Shown in pieces: positions 48,434 to 60,200 of a stretch of DNA of 64,000 nt (position 1 is its first letter; each line of letters begins with the position of its first letter). A model generated the notes under the pieces. It did no database searches. It was not told the DNA's origin and saw only the letters and a list, made by a program, of their open reading frames with translations. Position numbers and translations under genes: made by a program. This DNA comes from an uncultured euryarchaeote (GTDB lineage: Archaea > Thermoplasmatota > Poseidoniia > Poseidoniales > Poseidoniaceae): positions 44,176 through 108,175 of the forward strand of contig CALBRH010000025.1 in the NCBI GenBank assembly GCA_937899865.1, written 5' to 3'.

Positions 48434-49396
48434 ATGCACATGCGTGCTTACTTGTTGTCGCTGTTAATGATGACAGTTAGCCTTGCAGGATGCATTAACG
48501 ACGAAGGCTCAAACCTTGGCGGTATCGGTGATACTACTGAGGACGAGTTAGCCCTTCCTGATTGGCAAATAGGCGACCAATGGCTATACACATTCATCAC
48601 ACCTGAATTTGGTGAAGATAGCACCCGCTTGGTGGTTGCTGATGTTAGAGAAGATGATGGCCAGTTCATGCTTGGAATCTCCTCTGAAGGTGAGGCACAG
48701 CGTCATGCAGTAATCAATCACAATCCATTTTTAGGCAGAGTCACTATGGATGGTTTGTCTGTATATGAAAACGGAGAGCCACAACCAGTATTCAATTTCC
48801 CATGGGCAGTTGGCAATACATGGGATTTCAGACTGTTTGGACAACAATGGACAGCAAGTACTGACAACATCTACAACGGTGAAGTCACAGTTTCTGCTAG
48901 TTCAGATGAAGGGCATGAATTAGATTATGTCTTCAGTGGCCGCCAAGGATTCATCAAGACATTGGTGTGGCAAGATAGTGAAGGTACTGAGAATTTGCGA
49001 ATGAATCTAAACCAAAAAAAGACTGGTTACACAGGAGATGTTTTCTTCTATCGTGCAGGAGACCTTCACGATAATCTTTACACCGAAAATGACCAAGAAA
49101 TTTATGACTCATTCTTTGATGAAGGCTATTCCTCTAACGAAGCTTGGGATACTTTAGTGTGGTATTTAGATGTTGAAATTGATGAAAAAGGTTCAGGTTC
49201 ATTGACAATAAGTGATCAGCAAGATGGTTCATCTCCACTGTCAAGAGCGTGGGGTAATGGTGCGACTGAGAAAGGTTCTTTCGGTACAATTCCATCAAAG
49301 TCTGGCGAGCATAGGATAACTCTTACCTTACAAGGTGAGACCTCAGTAGTACATCTCAAAGTAGCAGGTGCACTAGTTCGCTCATGGTCGCTATGA
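48434..49396 (+). CDS. Hypothetical lipoprotein
   Basis: YLLSLLMMTVSLAGC lipobox followed by an acidic, beta-rich domain (LPDWQIGDQWLY). Confidence 0.7.
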   Translation: MHMRAYLLSLLMMTVSLAGCINDEGSNLGGIGDTTEDELALPDWQIGDQWLYTFITPEFGEDSTRLVVADVREDDGQFMLGISSEGEAQRHAVINHNPFLGRVTMDGLSVYENGEPQPVFNFPWAVGNTWDFRLFGQQWTASTDNIYNGEVTVSASSDEGHELDYVFSGRQGFIKTLVWQDSEGTENLRMNLNQKKTGYTGDVFFYRAGDLHDNLYTENDQEIYDSFFDEGYSSNEAWDTLVWYLDVEIDEKGSGSLTISDQQDGSSPLSRAWGNGATEKGSFGTIPSKSGEHRITLTLQGETSVVHLKVAGALVRSWSL

Positions 49397-49405
49397 GGTG
49401 AATAC

Positions 49406-50017
49406 TTGCCAACTCTAATTATGATGCATGGCATGACTGGCGACGCAGAAATGATGCGTCCGTTTGCTGAAAAAATACTTCCAAATGGCTGGACACTAAT
49501 TGTCCCAGAGGCTCGTTATGACCATCCTGTTAGAGGTAAGACTTGGTGGAGATACGAAGATTATGACTCTGACGCAACTCGCCGTGCTAATCTTTCAAGA
49601 AGAGAATTAATCGATGTTGATTCAAGTTTATCACAATTAGAACAATTGATTGCTAATGAAGCGCCTAAAGGCCCGCTTGTAGTTGGTGGATTTTCACAAG
49701 GCGGTGCTATGGCACAAGAATTACTTCATTTGCCAATTGCCGACCGAATTTTAGGAATAATATGCATTGGAACTCGACTTGTCCGCCCTATGGAGTTACG
49801 CATGAGACTTGAAGAATTAGAAAGTAAGCGAATGTTTTGGATGCATGGGGAGCGAGATGTCCGAGTATCTTTGGAGGATGGTTTTGCAATAGCCAGTTTG
49901 TTCGAGTCTGCTGGATGGGCAATCGAGATGATTGAACACAAAAAAGGACATATGATTCCTACAGAACATCATGAATCTTTGATAGAATGGCTTGCAACTT
50001 TTACCGATTCATCTTAG
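49406..50017 (+). CDS. Phospholipase/carboxylesterase family alpha/beta hydrolase
   Basis: MHGMTG, GGFSQGG, HGERDVRV and GH catalytic motifs; SD GAGGTGA before the TTG start. Confidence 0.88.
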   Translation: MPTLIMMHGMTGDAEMMRPFAEKILPNGWTLIVPEARYDHPVRGKTWWRYEDYDSDATRRANLSRRELIDVDSSLSQLEQLIANEAPKGPLVVGGFSQGGAMAQELLHLPIADRILGIICIGTRLVRPMELRMRLEELESKRMFWMHGERDVRVSLEDGFAIASLFESAGWAIEMIEHKKGHMIPTEHHESLIEWLATFTDSS

Positions 50018-50284
50018 GTATACATTGGTTTCATCAAAACCACCAATAAACATTACATTTCCTTCTCGTAAATCAAAAATAACCGGTACGGTTCTGTGTC
50101 CTGTAGCTGCTACTACTGCTTGTCGAAGTCCTGGATGCTCATCAAAATTGAATTCTTTGTAGGTCAAATTCTTATTGGCAAATAGTCGCTTTGCTGCATT
50201 ACAGTAGCCACAAAAGTTACCGGTATAGAGCAAAAAATCAGTACCAGCATCTTTAGCGTGCTCCAAAATCACTTCTTCCGACAT
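50009..50284 (-). CDS. Glutaredoxin
   Basis: CGYC active site, GHRTVPVIF and IGGFDE. Confidence 0.88.
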   Translation of the reverse strand: MSEEVILEHAKDAGTDFLLYTGNFCGYCNAAKRLFANKNLTYKEFNFDEHPGLRQAVVAATGHRTVPVIFDLREGNVMFIGGFDETNVYLR

Positions 50285-50396
50285 GATGTCCACAACTGCC
50301 TCATACCTATCTATTTTAACAGTTAGTATTGGTCAATGTTATGGATTTTAGCAAGGGTTTGAATACCATATTTACTACCTTTGTAATGGTGAGAAA

Positions 50397-51236
50397 GTGG
50401 TTAAACGTAGTGTCAAATCAATCATTCCAACTCATACGGTACTGGAGGGTGGCGGCTTCAAGGTAAGACGGCCAGTTGCTATGGGCTCTCTAATGTCACC
50501 ATTTTTATTACTCGATGAAATGGGTCCAGTAAACTATGGTCCAAGGGAAGCAATTGGTGCCCCTTCACATCCTCATCGTGGTTTTGAAACCGTTACTTAC
50601 ATGCTTGAGGGAGCAATGCAACACGCAGATTCAGCAGGTAATTCTGGCGATCTAAATCCTGGTGATGTTCAATGGATGACTGCTGGTAGAGGCATTATTC
50701 ATTCAGAATTACCGCATCCTGATTTCTATGAGGCAGGTGGCAAAATGCACGGTTTTCAAATTTGGGTAAATCTACCCGCTAAGGATAAGATGATGTCACC
50801 TCGCTACCAAGATATTCCTTCAGAAGATTTGCCAACAGTTGAGTCAACAGATGGTAATGTGTGGGCCAAAATTATAGCGGGTGAGGCCATGGGTGCCAAG
50901 GCAGTAATAGATACTGTTATTCCAATTCAATTCATTCATTTTCGTATGAAACAAGATGCTGAATTGGTACATCATGTAGGTAATGATTTGAACGCTATGA
51001 TGTATATGTTCGGCGGTAGTGCAAAGATTGCTGGTGAAACAGTTGAGGATGGACAATTAGTTTTGTTAGATGGAGGTAGTGAAGTCGATATAAGTACTGA
51101 ATCAGGTGCAGAATTCTTACTCTTAGCAGGTCCAGAAATCAATGAACCAATTGCTCGTTATGGTCCGTTTGTCATGAATACAAGACAAGAGATTCACCAA
51201 GCAATTATCGATTATCAAAATGGTACTTTGGCTTAA
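50397..51236 (+). CDS. Pirin family cupin
   Basis: PFLLLDEMGP, HPHRGFETVTY, GDVQWMTAGRGIIHSE, FQIWVNLP and YGPFVMN. Confidence 0.95.
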   Translation: MVKRSVKSIIPTHTVLEGGGFKVRRPVAMGSLMSPFLLLDEMGPVNYGPREAIGAPSHPHRGFETVTYMLEGAMQHADSAGNSGDLNPGDVQWMTAGRGIIHSELPHPDFYEAGGKMHGFQIWVNLPAKDKMMSPRYQDIPSEDLPTVESTDGNVWAKIIAGEAMGAKAVIDTVIPIQFIHFRMKQDAELVHHVGNDLNAMMYMFGGSAKIAGETVEDGQLVLLDGGSEVDISTESGAEFLLLAGPEINEPIARYGPFVMNTRQEIHQAIIDYQNGTLA

Positions 51237-51306
51237 TCAATAAAAGACGGCAGAATTAACGATTTTCATCGGAATAACTTAGATACCCAAACTTCGAGTG
51301 ATAAAT

Positions 51307-51954
51307 ATGGAATGGGAGGCATTGGCAACTGTTTTGACGTTGTTAACAATTGGCGTTGTAACTCCTGGTCCTAACAATATAACCTGCATTTCACACAGCG
51401 CAATTCATGGGGCTAAGTCAAATAAAAACCTAATATTTGGTATGGCTATCGGTTTTATTATTGTTCATTTGATTGTTGGAATGTTGGTTGAGAATGTTGA
51501 AGAAGGTAGCACTGCATTACAGGTCTTTCATTATTTTGGGTTGCTATTTATTTTCGCAATTGCCCTTAGAGTATTCACGCTAAACCCTGCATTAATCAAC
51601 AAAGCAGTGGAAAGTAATTCGCTATTATCACTTACAGAACGAACAGTGACCTCAGTCCCTATTCTTGGTTTTAAAACCGGCTTGTTTATGCAGTTTATCA
51701 ACGGCAAGGAGTGGGCATTTGTTTTTGCAATTATGTGGTTGGCATTGGAAGGTTTTGGTGGTGGCTGGATTGGAATTCTAAGTATTACTGCAATAACAAC
51801 TACTGGTGGTTTAATTGCCATGATTTTATGGACATTTGTTGGCGGCAGACTCGTAGATTATGTTAGTGAGGAGAGACGTGGTAGAATCGTATTTCGCACT
51901 CTGGGTTCGTTGCTATTCTTACTTGGATTAGCAATGGCTGCTCGAGGAGCCTAA
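51307..51954 (+). CDS. LysE/RhtB family exporter
   Basis: VTPGPNN motif and QFINGK (NPK-like) motif with six hydrophobic helices. Confidence 0.85.
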   Translation: MEWEALATVLTLLTIGVVTPGPNNITCISHSAIHGAKSNKNLIFGMAIGFIIVHLIVGMLVENVEEGSTALQVFHYFGLLFIFAIALRVFTLNPALINKAVESNSLLSLTERTVTSVPILGFKTGLFMQFINGKEWAFVFAIMWLALEGFGGGWIGILSITAITTTGGLIAMILWTFVGGRLVDYVSEERRGRIVFRTLGSLLFLLGLAMAARGA

Positions 51955-52614
51955 TCACTTCGCTTGGTCTGCCCATGACTGAATAATTGTACTTTCAGCC
52001 GATTGTAAATGCTCTGCAACAGTTCCTTGTCTAACACCTAATTTTTCGGCTAAAGCTCGCTGAGTGCATTTCCTTGGTGTACTATAGTATCCTAACTTTA
52101 CCGCTAACTCCAACACTTCTTTTCGCCTAGTTGGTAGTTGTGGAGCAGCAATCCAATCTGCCTTGAGGTCTTTACTAATTCTTATTTTGATCGATGATGG
52201 TAATAATTCTGCAATACCATCACGGAATTCCTTTAGCCCTTTAGTAGTGCCATGTACAGTCATAAATAGCCCATTGGTGCTTGAAACTACAGATGGAGTT
52301 TGTAACCAGACAGATTTATTTTTGTGAATTAGCATTGGTAACGGTCCGTAAGTTCTGGCCTGTACTAAACTATAGCCTTCTCGTTCCTCAATTATACGAG
52401 TGATTTCAAACTGAGAGATGTTTTTGAAATTTTCCAATGCTGTTTGGTCTTTGTATCTGAGGGCTAAAATGTATTCCGGAAAGTCTCCGATTGTAGATAC
52501 TGCACTTACATATTCTAACGAAGTTAATGTATCCATTATTACAGCTGCAGGCAAAGACTGACCTTGCTCCTTGCTGACTTGAATTTGTAAAAACCTCAAT
52601 TCGTGAGATGCCAT
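51955..52614 (-). CDS. Bacterio-opsin-activator-type (HTH-10) transcription regulator
   Basis: C-terminal RRKEVLELAVKLGYYSTPRKCTQRALAEKLGVRQGTVAEHLQSAE. Confidence 0.88.
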   Translation of the reverse strand: MASHELRFLQIQVSKEQGQSLPAAVIMDTLTSLEYVSAVSTIGDFPEYILALRYKDQTALENFKNISQFEITRIIEEREGYSLVQARTYGPLPMLIHKNKSVWLQTPSVVSSTNGLFMTVHGTTKGLKEFRDGIAELLPSSIKIRISKDLKADWIAAPQLPTRRKEVLELAVKLGYYSTPRKCTQRALAEKLGVRQGTVAEHLQSAESTIIQSWADQAK

Positions 52615-52845
52615 GGTACCAACCAGTTTGGCCTTTACATACTGGTTATCAAGGTAATGCGGTAACTACTTATGGCATGGGTTAATTTGACCACTTTCCC
52701 GTTCATAATCGGCTTTTTATCACCAATCAGTGTTACTTGGTCAAATGTTCTCTTAGTGGTTGTCAGTCTGCCTTTTTGTGGGGTTTTTTTGTTAGCAAGT
52801 ATAGGGGGAAGACTCAAAACATGAACATTTGTAGGCGGCACACTG

Positions 52846-54156
52846 GTGAAGTGCATGAGTGTAGTTGATGATGTAATTGATTCAATTAATGAACAGATTG
52901 ATGTTGCAAGTGATTTGCACCCTGGTATCAAATTTTTAATTTGTATAGTATTAACTGCAATTGGTTATTATCTTGTTAAGTACGCTGTTGTAAGGCCTTG
53001 GGGTCGAGTTGTAATGTCGACTGATACCGCATGGGATGACAAATTACACCGACCAGTGGCAAATCGCGCATATTTCTTTTTGTTTGTTGGTTCAGCCCAA
53101 TTATCGATATTGTGGGTTTCAGACCAAGCCTCATTCAATGATGGGCTATCTCCGTATTTCTCTGCGATTTATATCTTGACTGCAACTTCGATTGCAAGTG
53201 TATCAATCAAACACATTATTCCAATGGTAATGGACCGCTTCACAGAGAAGTCAAGTGTAACCGTATCTGGTAGTAATCCTCTGATCACATTCACCCTTAG
53301 ATTCGTAGTTTGGTTTGGCGGTATGTATCTGGCCTTGACTGAAATCGGAGTTGAATTATTTGGTGTTCTTGCATCTCTTGCTGTATTCTCGCTAATTATT
53401 GGTTTAGCTGTACAACAAACACTTGGTAACATCATCAACTCGTTCTTACTGGCAATAGACCGTCCGTTTGAAATTGGTGATAGAATCGAAGTTGAAGGGA
53501 CATGGGGGTCAGTAGTTGGCACAGGTATTCTATCAACTAAGGTTCTTGACCGAGATGAACGCTTAGTAGTTATTCCAAATAATACTCTAGTGCAATCAAC
53601 AATCATTAACCACGCTCGTGGTGGCGGTGATGGTGTTGCAAGGAGAATTTCGATTGTTGTTGATGTTGGCGTTGACTACCGTGAGAGTACAGAACACGTT
53701 AAACTAACTATGATCAAAATCGCTAGAGATTGTGAATATATTATGGATGAACCAAAGCCACAAGTTCTTCTCACTGAACTGGGTGATTTTGCTAAGGTTT
53801 TCCGTTTATTCGCTTGGGTCAATGATTACTCAGATGAACAACTTGCCAGAGATTGGTTGCTTAGAACTATCGATAGCAGATTTAGCGAAGAAAGCATCAA
53901 CATCCCATATCCAACATCTGTTGAGTTGACAGAAAGTGTATACACTCAAGTATCTACCAGGAAGCAAGCTGCAGCAACTAAGAAGATGGAGCAGGAAGAA
54001 CAGAAGCATCTTGAAGAGCGTGAAGAAGCGAAGGAAAAACTCGATGATCTCAACGAGCAACTCAAAGATGTCAATATGGACAAGAAGAAGAGAGCTGAAC
54101 TTGAAGAAGAGGCTCGACGTCTTGAAACAGTAATCAATATGTTTGATTCTGCTTGA
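52846..54156 (+). CDS. mscS: Small-conductance mechanosensitive channel with a charged coiled-coil tail
   Basis: IIGLAVQQTLGNII, RPFEIGDRIEV, LVVIPN, and INIPYP followed by an Glu/Lys-rich helix. Confidence 0.9.
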   Translation: MKCMSVVDDVIDSINEQIDVASDLHPGIKFLICIVLTAIGYYLVKYAVVRPWGRVVMSTDTAWDDKLHRPVANRAYFFLFVGSAQLSILWVSDQASFNDGLSPYFSAIYILTATSIASVSIKHIIPMVMDRFTEKSSVTVSGSNPLITFTLRFVVWFGGMYLALTEIGVELFGVLASLAVFSLIIGLAVQQTLGNIINSFLLAIDRPFEIGDRIEVEGTWGSVVGTGILSTKVLDRDERLVVIPNNTLVQSTIINHARGGGDGVARRISIVVDVGVDYRESTEHVKLTMIKIARDCEYIMDEPKPQVLLTELGDFAKVFRLFAWVNDYSDEQLARDWLLRTIDSRFSEESINIPYPTSVELTESVYTQVSTRKQAAATKKMEQEEQKHLEEREEAKEKLDDLNEQLKDVNMDKKKRAELEEEARRLETVINMFDSA

Positions 54157-54189
54157 TTGCCAAGGCTGTAACCGTTCATAAAAGGGATA

Positions 54190-54197
54190 CTATATAT
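54190..54197 (+). promoter_or_regulatory. TATA box of the giant surface protein gene; implies a leaderless transcript
   Basis: AAAGGGATA-CTATATAT lies about 26 nt upstream of ATG 54223, which is the canonical archaeal BRE/TATA spacing. Confidence 0.5.
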
Positions 54198-54222
54198 GTG
54201 CCTTATTGGCACATTTACACAC

Positions 54223-57200
54223 ATGAACGGTAGCGCAAGCCATGGAAAAACTGTAAAATCGGCGTTTTTAGTCATTCTAATGATTATAATGACTCAAGTC
54301 GGGTACTTGGACCTGATAAATAGTCCAAAAACCGGTAATGATTCATTGAGCGAAGAAACTTCAGTGTTTGAGACTGCTCAAGGAACCTCGATTATTTACG
54401 GCAATAATACTCAATGGGCGCCATCTGGTTCATTAGAAACATATGGTTTCTCAGGTAATGCCGATATAATTGCGACAAGTGACGATGTAATTTTGCTCAA
54501 AGGGCAAAATGGTAAAGACAGTAACATTCGTTGTATAATTGCCTACAATTATGTCAACAAAACCTCTTGGCAGCCAAATGTTGTAGGTACATCGCAATGC
54601 CCGGGTGCACATTCTTTTTGGAAGTTCATTGGCATCATCGACGGAGTGACATTGGTGCGGTATGACTCAGGGAGTTCGAATAGTCAAAACCATGCGCTTT
54701 TTGGCTACAACCCGAATAACGATACTTTCTATCCAATAGCAAGCCTTCCAAACACACTAGATACAGTAGGTGGTACTGCGATTATTGGTAGAAATGTCTA
54801 CATGGGTACACTACAATCAGATGTGACTATTTTTAATTATGATAATCAGACCATTTGGGAACTGAATAATATTGGTTCATCAAGTTGCAACTCTTTAGAG
54901 TACTATGATACTGGCGCTGTCGGCGATAAATTTTTTGGAAGGTGTAGCAACCGTTTAGCTATTTTTGATCCAGCCACACAATCATTATACACTCCAAGCA
55001 GTATGTCTTCTGTGTATGTTAATAATACGCATACAACAACTAGAACTGCGGTAATAGGCAACCAATTATTATTCCAAGGATATGATAGTGTCAACGGTAA
55101 GGAGTTATGGGTCTATGATGCCAATAATGATTCTGCATGGATGGCTGCAGATATTGCAGTAGGTTCGGATTCAGCATGGTCAACGTATGGGCAGTTTAAC
55201 CCGCTGCGTTCAGGAACAAAAGTTCTGTTTGAGGCTACCGACCAATTCGATGACAAAGACCTTTGGTGGTATGATAGCACCAATGCCTCAGTTTGGCGTG
55301 CAACAAATTTCTCAGATCCCAGCATAATATTTAACGGATGGAGCAGCAAGAATTATGGCGAATTGGCCAATGGTGTTATTGCCATAGGTCACGGAAATGC
55401 CGATGGAACTAATACGAATTATTACTCGAACTACATTTCATTCTACAACCCAAGTAATGGTACAGTATGGCAAGAGCCCACTTTGTATGAGTTAACTGAG
55501 CAAACAGGTTATGCGCCAAACACTAATGGCAATATCAAATTACGCGCAGTATATGGTAACACTATTATTGGAACTGCAGAAATCAATACAGGATCACCAG
55601 TAGGATATTACTACAAATTATTTGCTTTTGACCTCACCAATCAAACCCGACAGATCTCAGCCAACCTAGGCAATGCTCAATACTCGCATTATGATATTAT
55701 CAGTACCAACATAGTGACGTTTGGCGACCACATCTTGTATGGCTTGGCCTGCGGTAATAATATTGCAAATTCATGCCCTGCTGTTGGCGGGGGTCGGCAA
55801 GCCGCAGTCGCTTGGTCGCCCGGTGCAATAGCAGTTAATGATGCATGGAACATTTCGGCTGGAGACCGTCTTGACGGCCCAATTTCAGGTGGCGATGGGC
55901 GTTTCTACAACTCAGGGGCTGGCGTGCAAAATCTAACCGCCAGTTCAGAAGGTGCCGAACTGATGGTTGGCGATCTCATGGATGATATCACCTTCCAATA
56001 CAACGCCAGTGCAGCAAGCGGTTCCGGTAGTGGCTCAGGCAGCGTTTCAAGCGGAGTCTCTTCGAGTTCCTCGTCCTTTGCTTATGCGAACAATAAGTTG
56101 GGTGCTGGATTCCACACCTGCGCCATCCTTGACAACGGCGACCTGAAGTGCTGGGGATGGGACGTCGAAGGGCAGTTGGGCGATGGTGGTTTTTTCGTAG
56201 ACCTCAACTCACCTCCAAATACCGCGATTGACCTCGGCTCGGGCCGAACGGCCGTTGCGGTGTCAAATGGTTGGCGGCACACCTGCGCCATCCTCGACAA
56301 CGGCGATCTGAAATGTTGGGGACGGGACTATCACGGACAGTTGGGCGATGGTGGAAGCAACACGAACCTCAACGTACCTTCAACCACGGCGATTGACCTC
56401 GGCACGGGCCGAACGGCCGTTGCGGTGTCTGGTGGATATCAACACACCTGCGCCATTCTTGACAACGGCGACCTGAAGTGTTGGGGAGGGGACCAATACG
56501 GACAGTTGGGCGATGGCGGACCAGATTGGTCCAACAGTAACCCAACCGACACCAACGCACCTTCAACCACGGCGATTGACCTCGGCACGGGACGAACGGC
56601 CGTTGCGGTATCTACTGGATTCCACCACACCTGCGCCATCCTTGACAACGGTGAGTCGAAGTGTTGGGGCAATAATGGAGATAAACAGTTGGGCGTCGGT
56701 GCGTACACCACACACCTCACTACACCTCCAACCTCAGCGATTGACCTCGGCACGGGCCGCACGGCTGTTGCGATCTCAGCTGAATCTGTCAACACCTGCG
56801 CCATTCTCGACAACGGTGAGGCGAGGTGCTGGGGGTACAATGCCTACGGACAGTTGGGTAATGGAAACAACAACGCTCATGATTTACCTGTTTCAGTTTT
56901 CGGCAACGCTTGGGATTCCTCAACCGGACTGAGCAGCGGCTCGGGCGGCGGCTCAAGCGGCGGCATGACCAACGTCACCGGTGCAACCTCTTGCGTTGCA
57001 ACACCTTCGTTGCCTAGTGGTTTGAACATCGACAGCAATACGTGTACAATTAGCGGCACACCAACGGTTGAATCGGTCAATCAAACCTACACGGTCACCG
57101 CCGTCATCAGTGGAACGACCTTCCAAACAACAGTTTGGTTGTCCATCATCCCATTTGGCACAATTACCTCAACAGTTGATGGTGCTGAACTGCAACTTGG

Positions 57201-60200
57201 TGAAGCGATGACGCCGATCACGCTAAACTACACTTCACAAGCACCACCAGGTTCGACGATAAATGGCAACGGTTCAGTTTGGGATGTCACAAGTTACACA
57301 GCAAATGTTGGTTTACCAAGCACTATAAATCCAGGCCTAAATTTCCATCTCGTCGTTGGTGATGTCATTTACTTTGATGGTCAATGTTCTTCAGCCTCAT
57401 GGTCTCAGTGCAACGGCAGAGAGTTATGGGCTTATGATACCTCTAACCAAACAGGTTGGTTGGTTAAAGATATAGGGCCATCGTATTATTCAGGAAATCC
57501 AGGAATGTACTGGAATGAAGTTATTCTAATGGGAGATACGCTTTATTTCCCTGCAGTAAGTACAGGTTCTTGGCAGCAGAGTAAATACGAATTACACGCC
57601 TTTGATATCTCAAATCAAACACTTTGGCAAGTAACCAATTCTTCAGACCCCAATCCTATTTGGTCGCAATCCCATGCTCCTAATCGAGAGGCCTTACCAA
57701 AAGTGATTGGTGACACAATATTCTTCGAATATGACGATGGTTTGACAGGAGATGAACTCTGGGCGCACAATACCTTAAACGGAACAACATGGCAAGTTAT
57801 TGACTTAAATATTGGACAAAATTGGAATGACAGTAATCCAGGAGAAAAATTAACCAAGGTTGTTGATGGAGTACTTTACTTCGACGCTTATACTTCATCA
57901 TCAAACGGTTATTTTCTGTGGGCACATAACCCTTCAAACGGTTCGACTTGGCAAACTTCAAGCAATGTTGCCGTTTCATGTACGCCTGCATCCTCTGTTC
58001 GCTGTGAGAGTACTGTTGTCGATGGAATAATCTATTTCCAAGGCATTGAATCCACTTTCAATTCCAACACGAATGGTAAGGAACTTTGGGCTTATAGTAC
58101 ATTGAACGGTTCTGCTTGGTTAGCTGCTGATATTAATAACGTAGGATCAAATAGCAACAGTGAACCTGGTAAACATTTCATGATTGCCATTGGTGATGAA
58201 ATCTACTTTGATGCAGATGGTTGGTGGGATGACGGAGATGGCTTTTTGCGAAATGTCGGCCATGAAGTTTGGGGTTATAGTATTTCAAACGGTTCATATT
58301 GGTTAGCGTACAATTCACGTGTTGAATCGACCACAACCCCTCTGGGTAGCAATCCAGGATATAGGTTGAGTTATGCAATTGGTGACAAATTATACTTTAG
58401 CGCAGCCGACCCACAACCATATGGACCTGGATTATTTGTTTATGATACTTCTACACATGAGGGATGGAAAGTTGATGGAATAAGGGACGTAAAAGGACAT
58501 TTCAACACTCAAAGCGTAGTTATGGGTGACAATCTAATCATGGATGCTATGCCCGCCCATGGCTATGGTTGCAATGCTCAAAATGAATTAATGATTCACT
58601 CTCAATCAAATAATACAACATGGAATTTACACAATTGTGCAGGAAACATCCTTGGAATATCAACTGGTGACCACTTTATGGTAAACGTCGGAGACAAACT
58701 CTACTTCAATCAAGATGATGTTTTGATGGGCTATTATCCTCAGGAACTGACAATGAATACACCGCCACCAACGACTTGGGAAACTGAACCTCCACTACCT
58801 GCTGGTATGAGTATCTCAGGCGGTACGATTAGCGGCACACCTTCGGTTTATGCCAATAATCAAACCTACACAATTTACGCTAATCAGAGCGGTCAAACAA
58901 CAACTCATGACTTATACTTCAGCGTTGACAATGCTTATCCACACACTGTAGTGGAAGACCAACCGATTGATGCAATCGGCTTCCATCCTGCATTCTGGGA
59001 TGGTACAACCACATGGAGCATTTCACCAAGTTTGCCAAACACTCTATTGCAAGATAGTGCAACTGGTGAGATTACCGGTACGGTTGACAGTCCAATGAGT
59101 GATACATTTACCGTTACTGCTACTCATAGTAGTGGAGCATCTGAAACATTTACTTTCAGTATTGAGAGTTTACTCGATACTGATAGTGATGGCTTACCGG
59201 ATGACTTGCCACCAACTTACAACCCAGCCAATCCTCCTACTTCTGGATTGATTGCTGATGATGATGATGATGGCGATGGCCTACTTGACAGCGTGGAGAC
59301 TGATACTGGCCTCTACATTAATGGACAGGATACTGGAACTGACCCGCTTGACCCTGACACTGATGATGACGGAATTTGTGATGGTCCAAATGCAGTGCCA
59401 CCAGTTTGTATTGCTGGTCCTGACCCGTCACCTAATGGTAATACACCACCACCAACTTTGGTCGGAGTCAATAATACCGACATTGGCACTCTATCACCTT
59501 ACTTGGTAGTGCCTGGCGGAACTTTCGAGATTTCTCCAGACTTGCCAGACAGTTTGTCAATCGATCCAAATACTGGTGAAATTACTGGAACTCCAACTCA
59601 AACCTTGACTAACACGACATTCACAGTTTGGTGTAACCATACTGACGGAACTTCGGTATCTTGGGATTTCACAATTGAGATTCTTGAGGACAGTGATGGC
59701 GATGGTATGCCAAATGAGCTGCCAGATGATTACGACCCAACTAATCCGGACTCGCCTGGTTTGATTGAAGATTTGGATGATGATAACGACGGTAATTCAG
59801 ATGTTGATGAAGAAGCCGGCGGCACCGACCCAACCAACCCAGATACTGATGGCGATGGTATGTGTGATGGTCCAGTTGCCATTGAGCCAGACTGTGTTGC
59901 TGGTCCAGATGCTTTCCCACTTGACCCGTCAGCAGATACTGATACTGACGGCGATGGTGACCCAGATACTTTGACTCCACCATCCACCAGCATACCTCCA
60001 CTTGTTGAGGACTTGGACGATGATGGCGACGGTATTGAGGACGTCAATGAAACCAATACTGGAATCTACAATGGTGATACTGATACAGGTACCGACCCGC
60101 TTGACCCAGATACCGATAACGACGGTATTTGTGATGGTCCAGTTGATGTCCTACCAATCTGTGTAGCTGGTCCTGACGAAGACTTTGGCGTTGCAGTTGA

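Noticed and set aside
56224-56780. Regularly spaced direct repeats that could be mistaken for a CRISPR array or a diversity-generating retroelement template/variable pair
   Set aside because: Spacing is 165, 183 and 165 nt, all in frame, and the repeats encode RCC1 units. There are no cas genes or reverse transcriptase, and variation is not limited to adenines.
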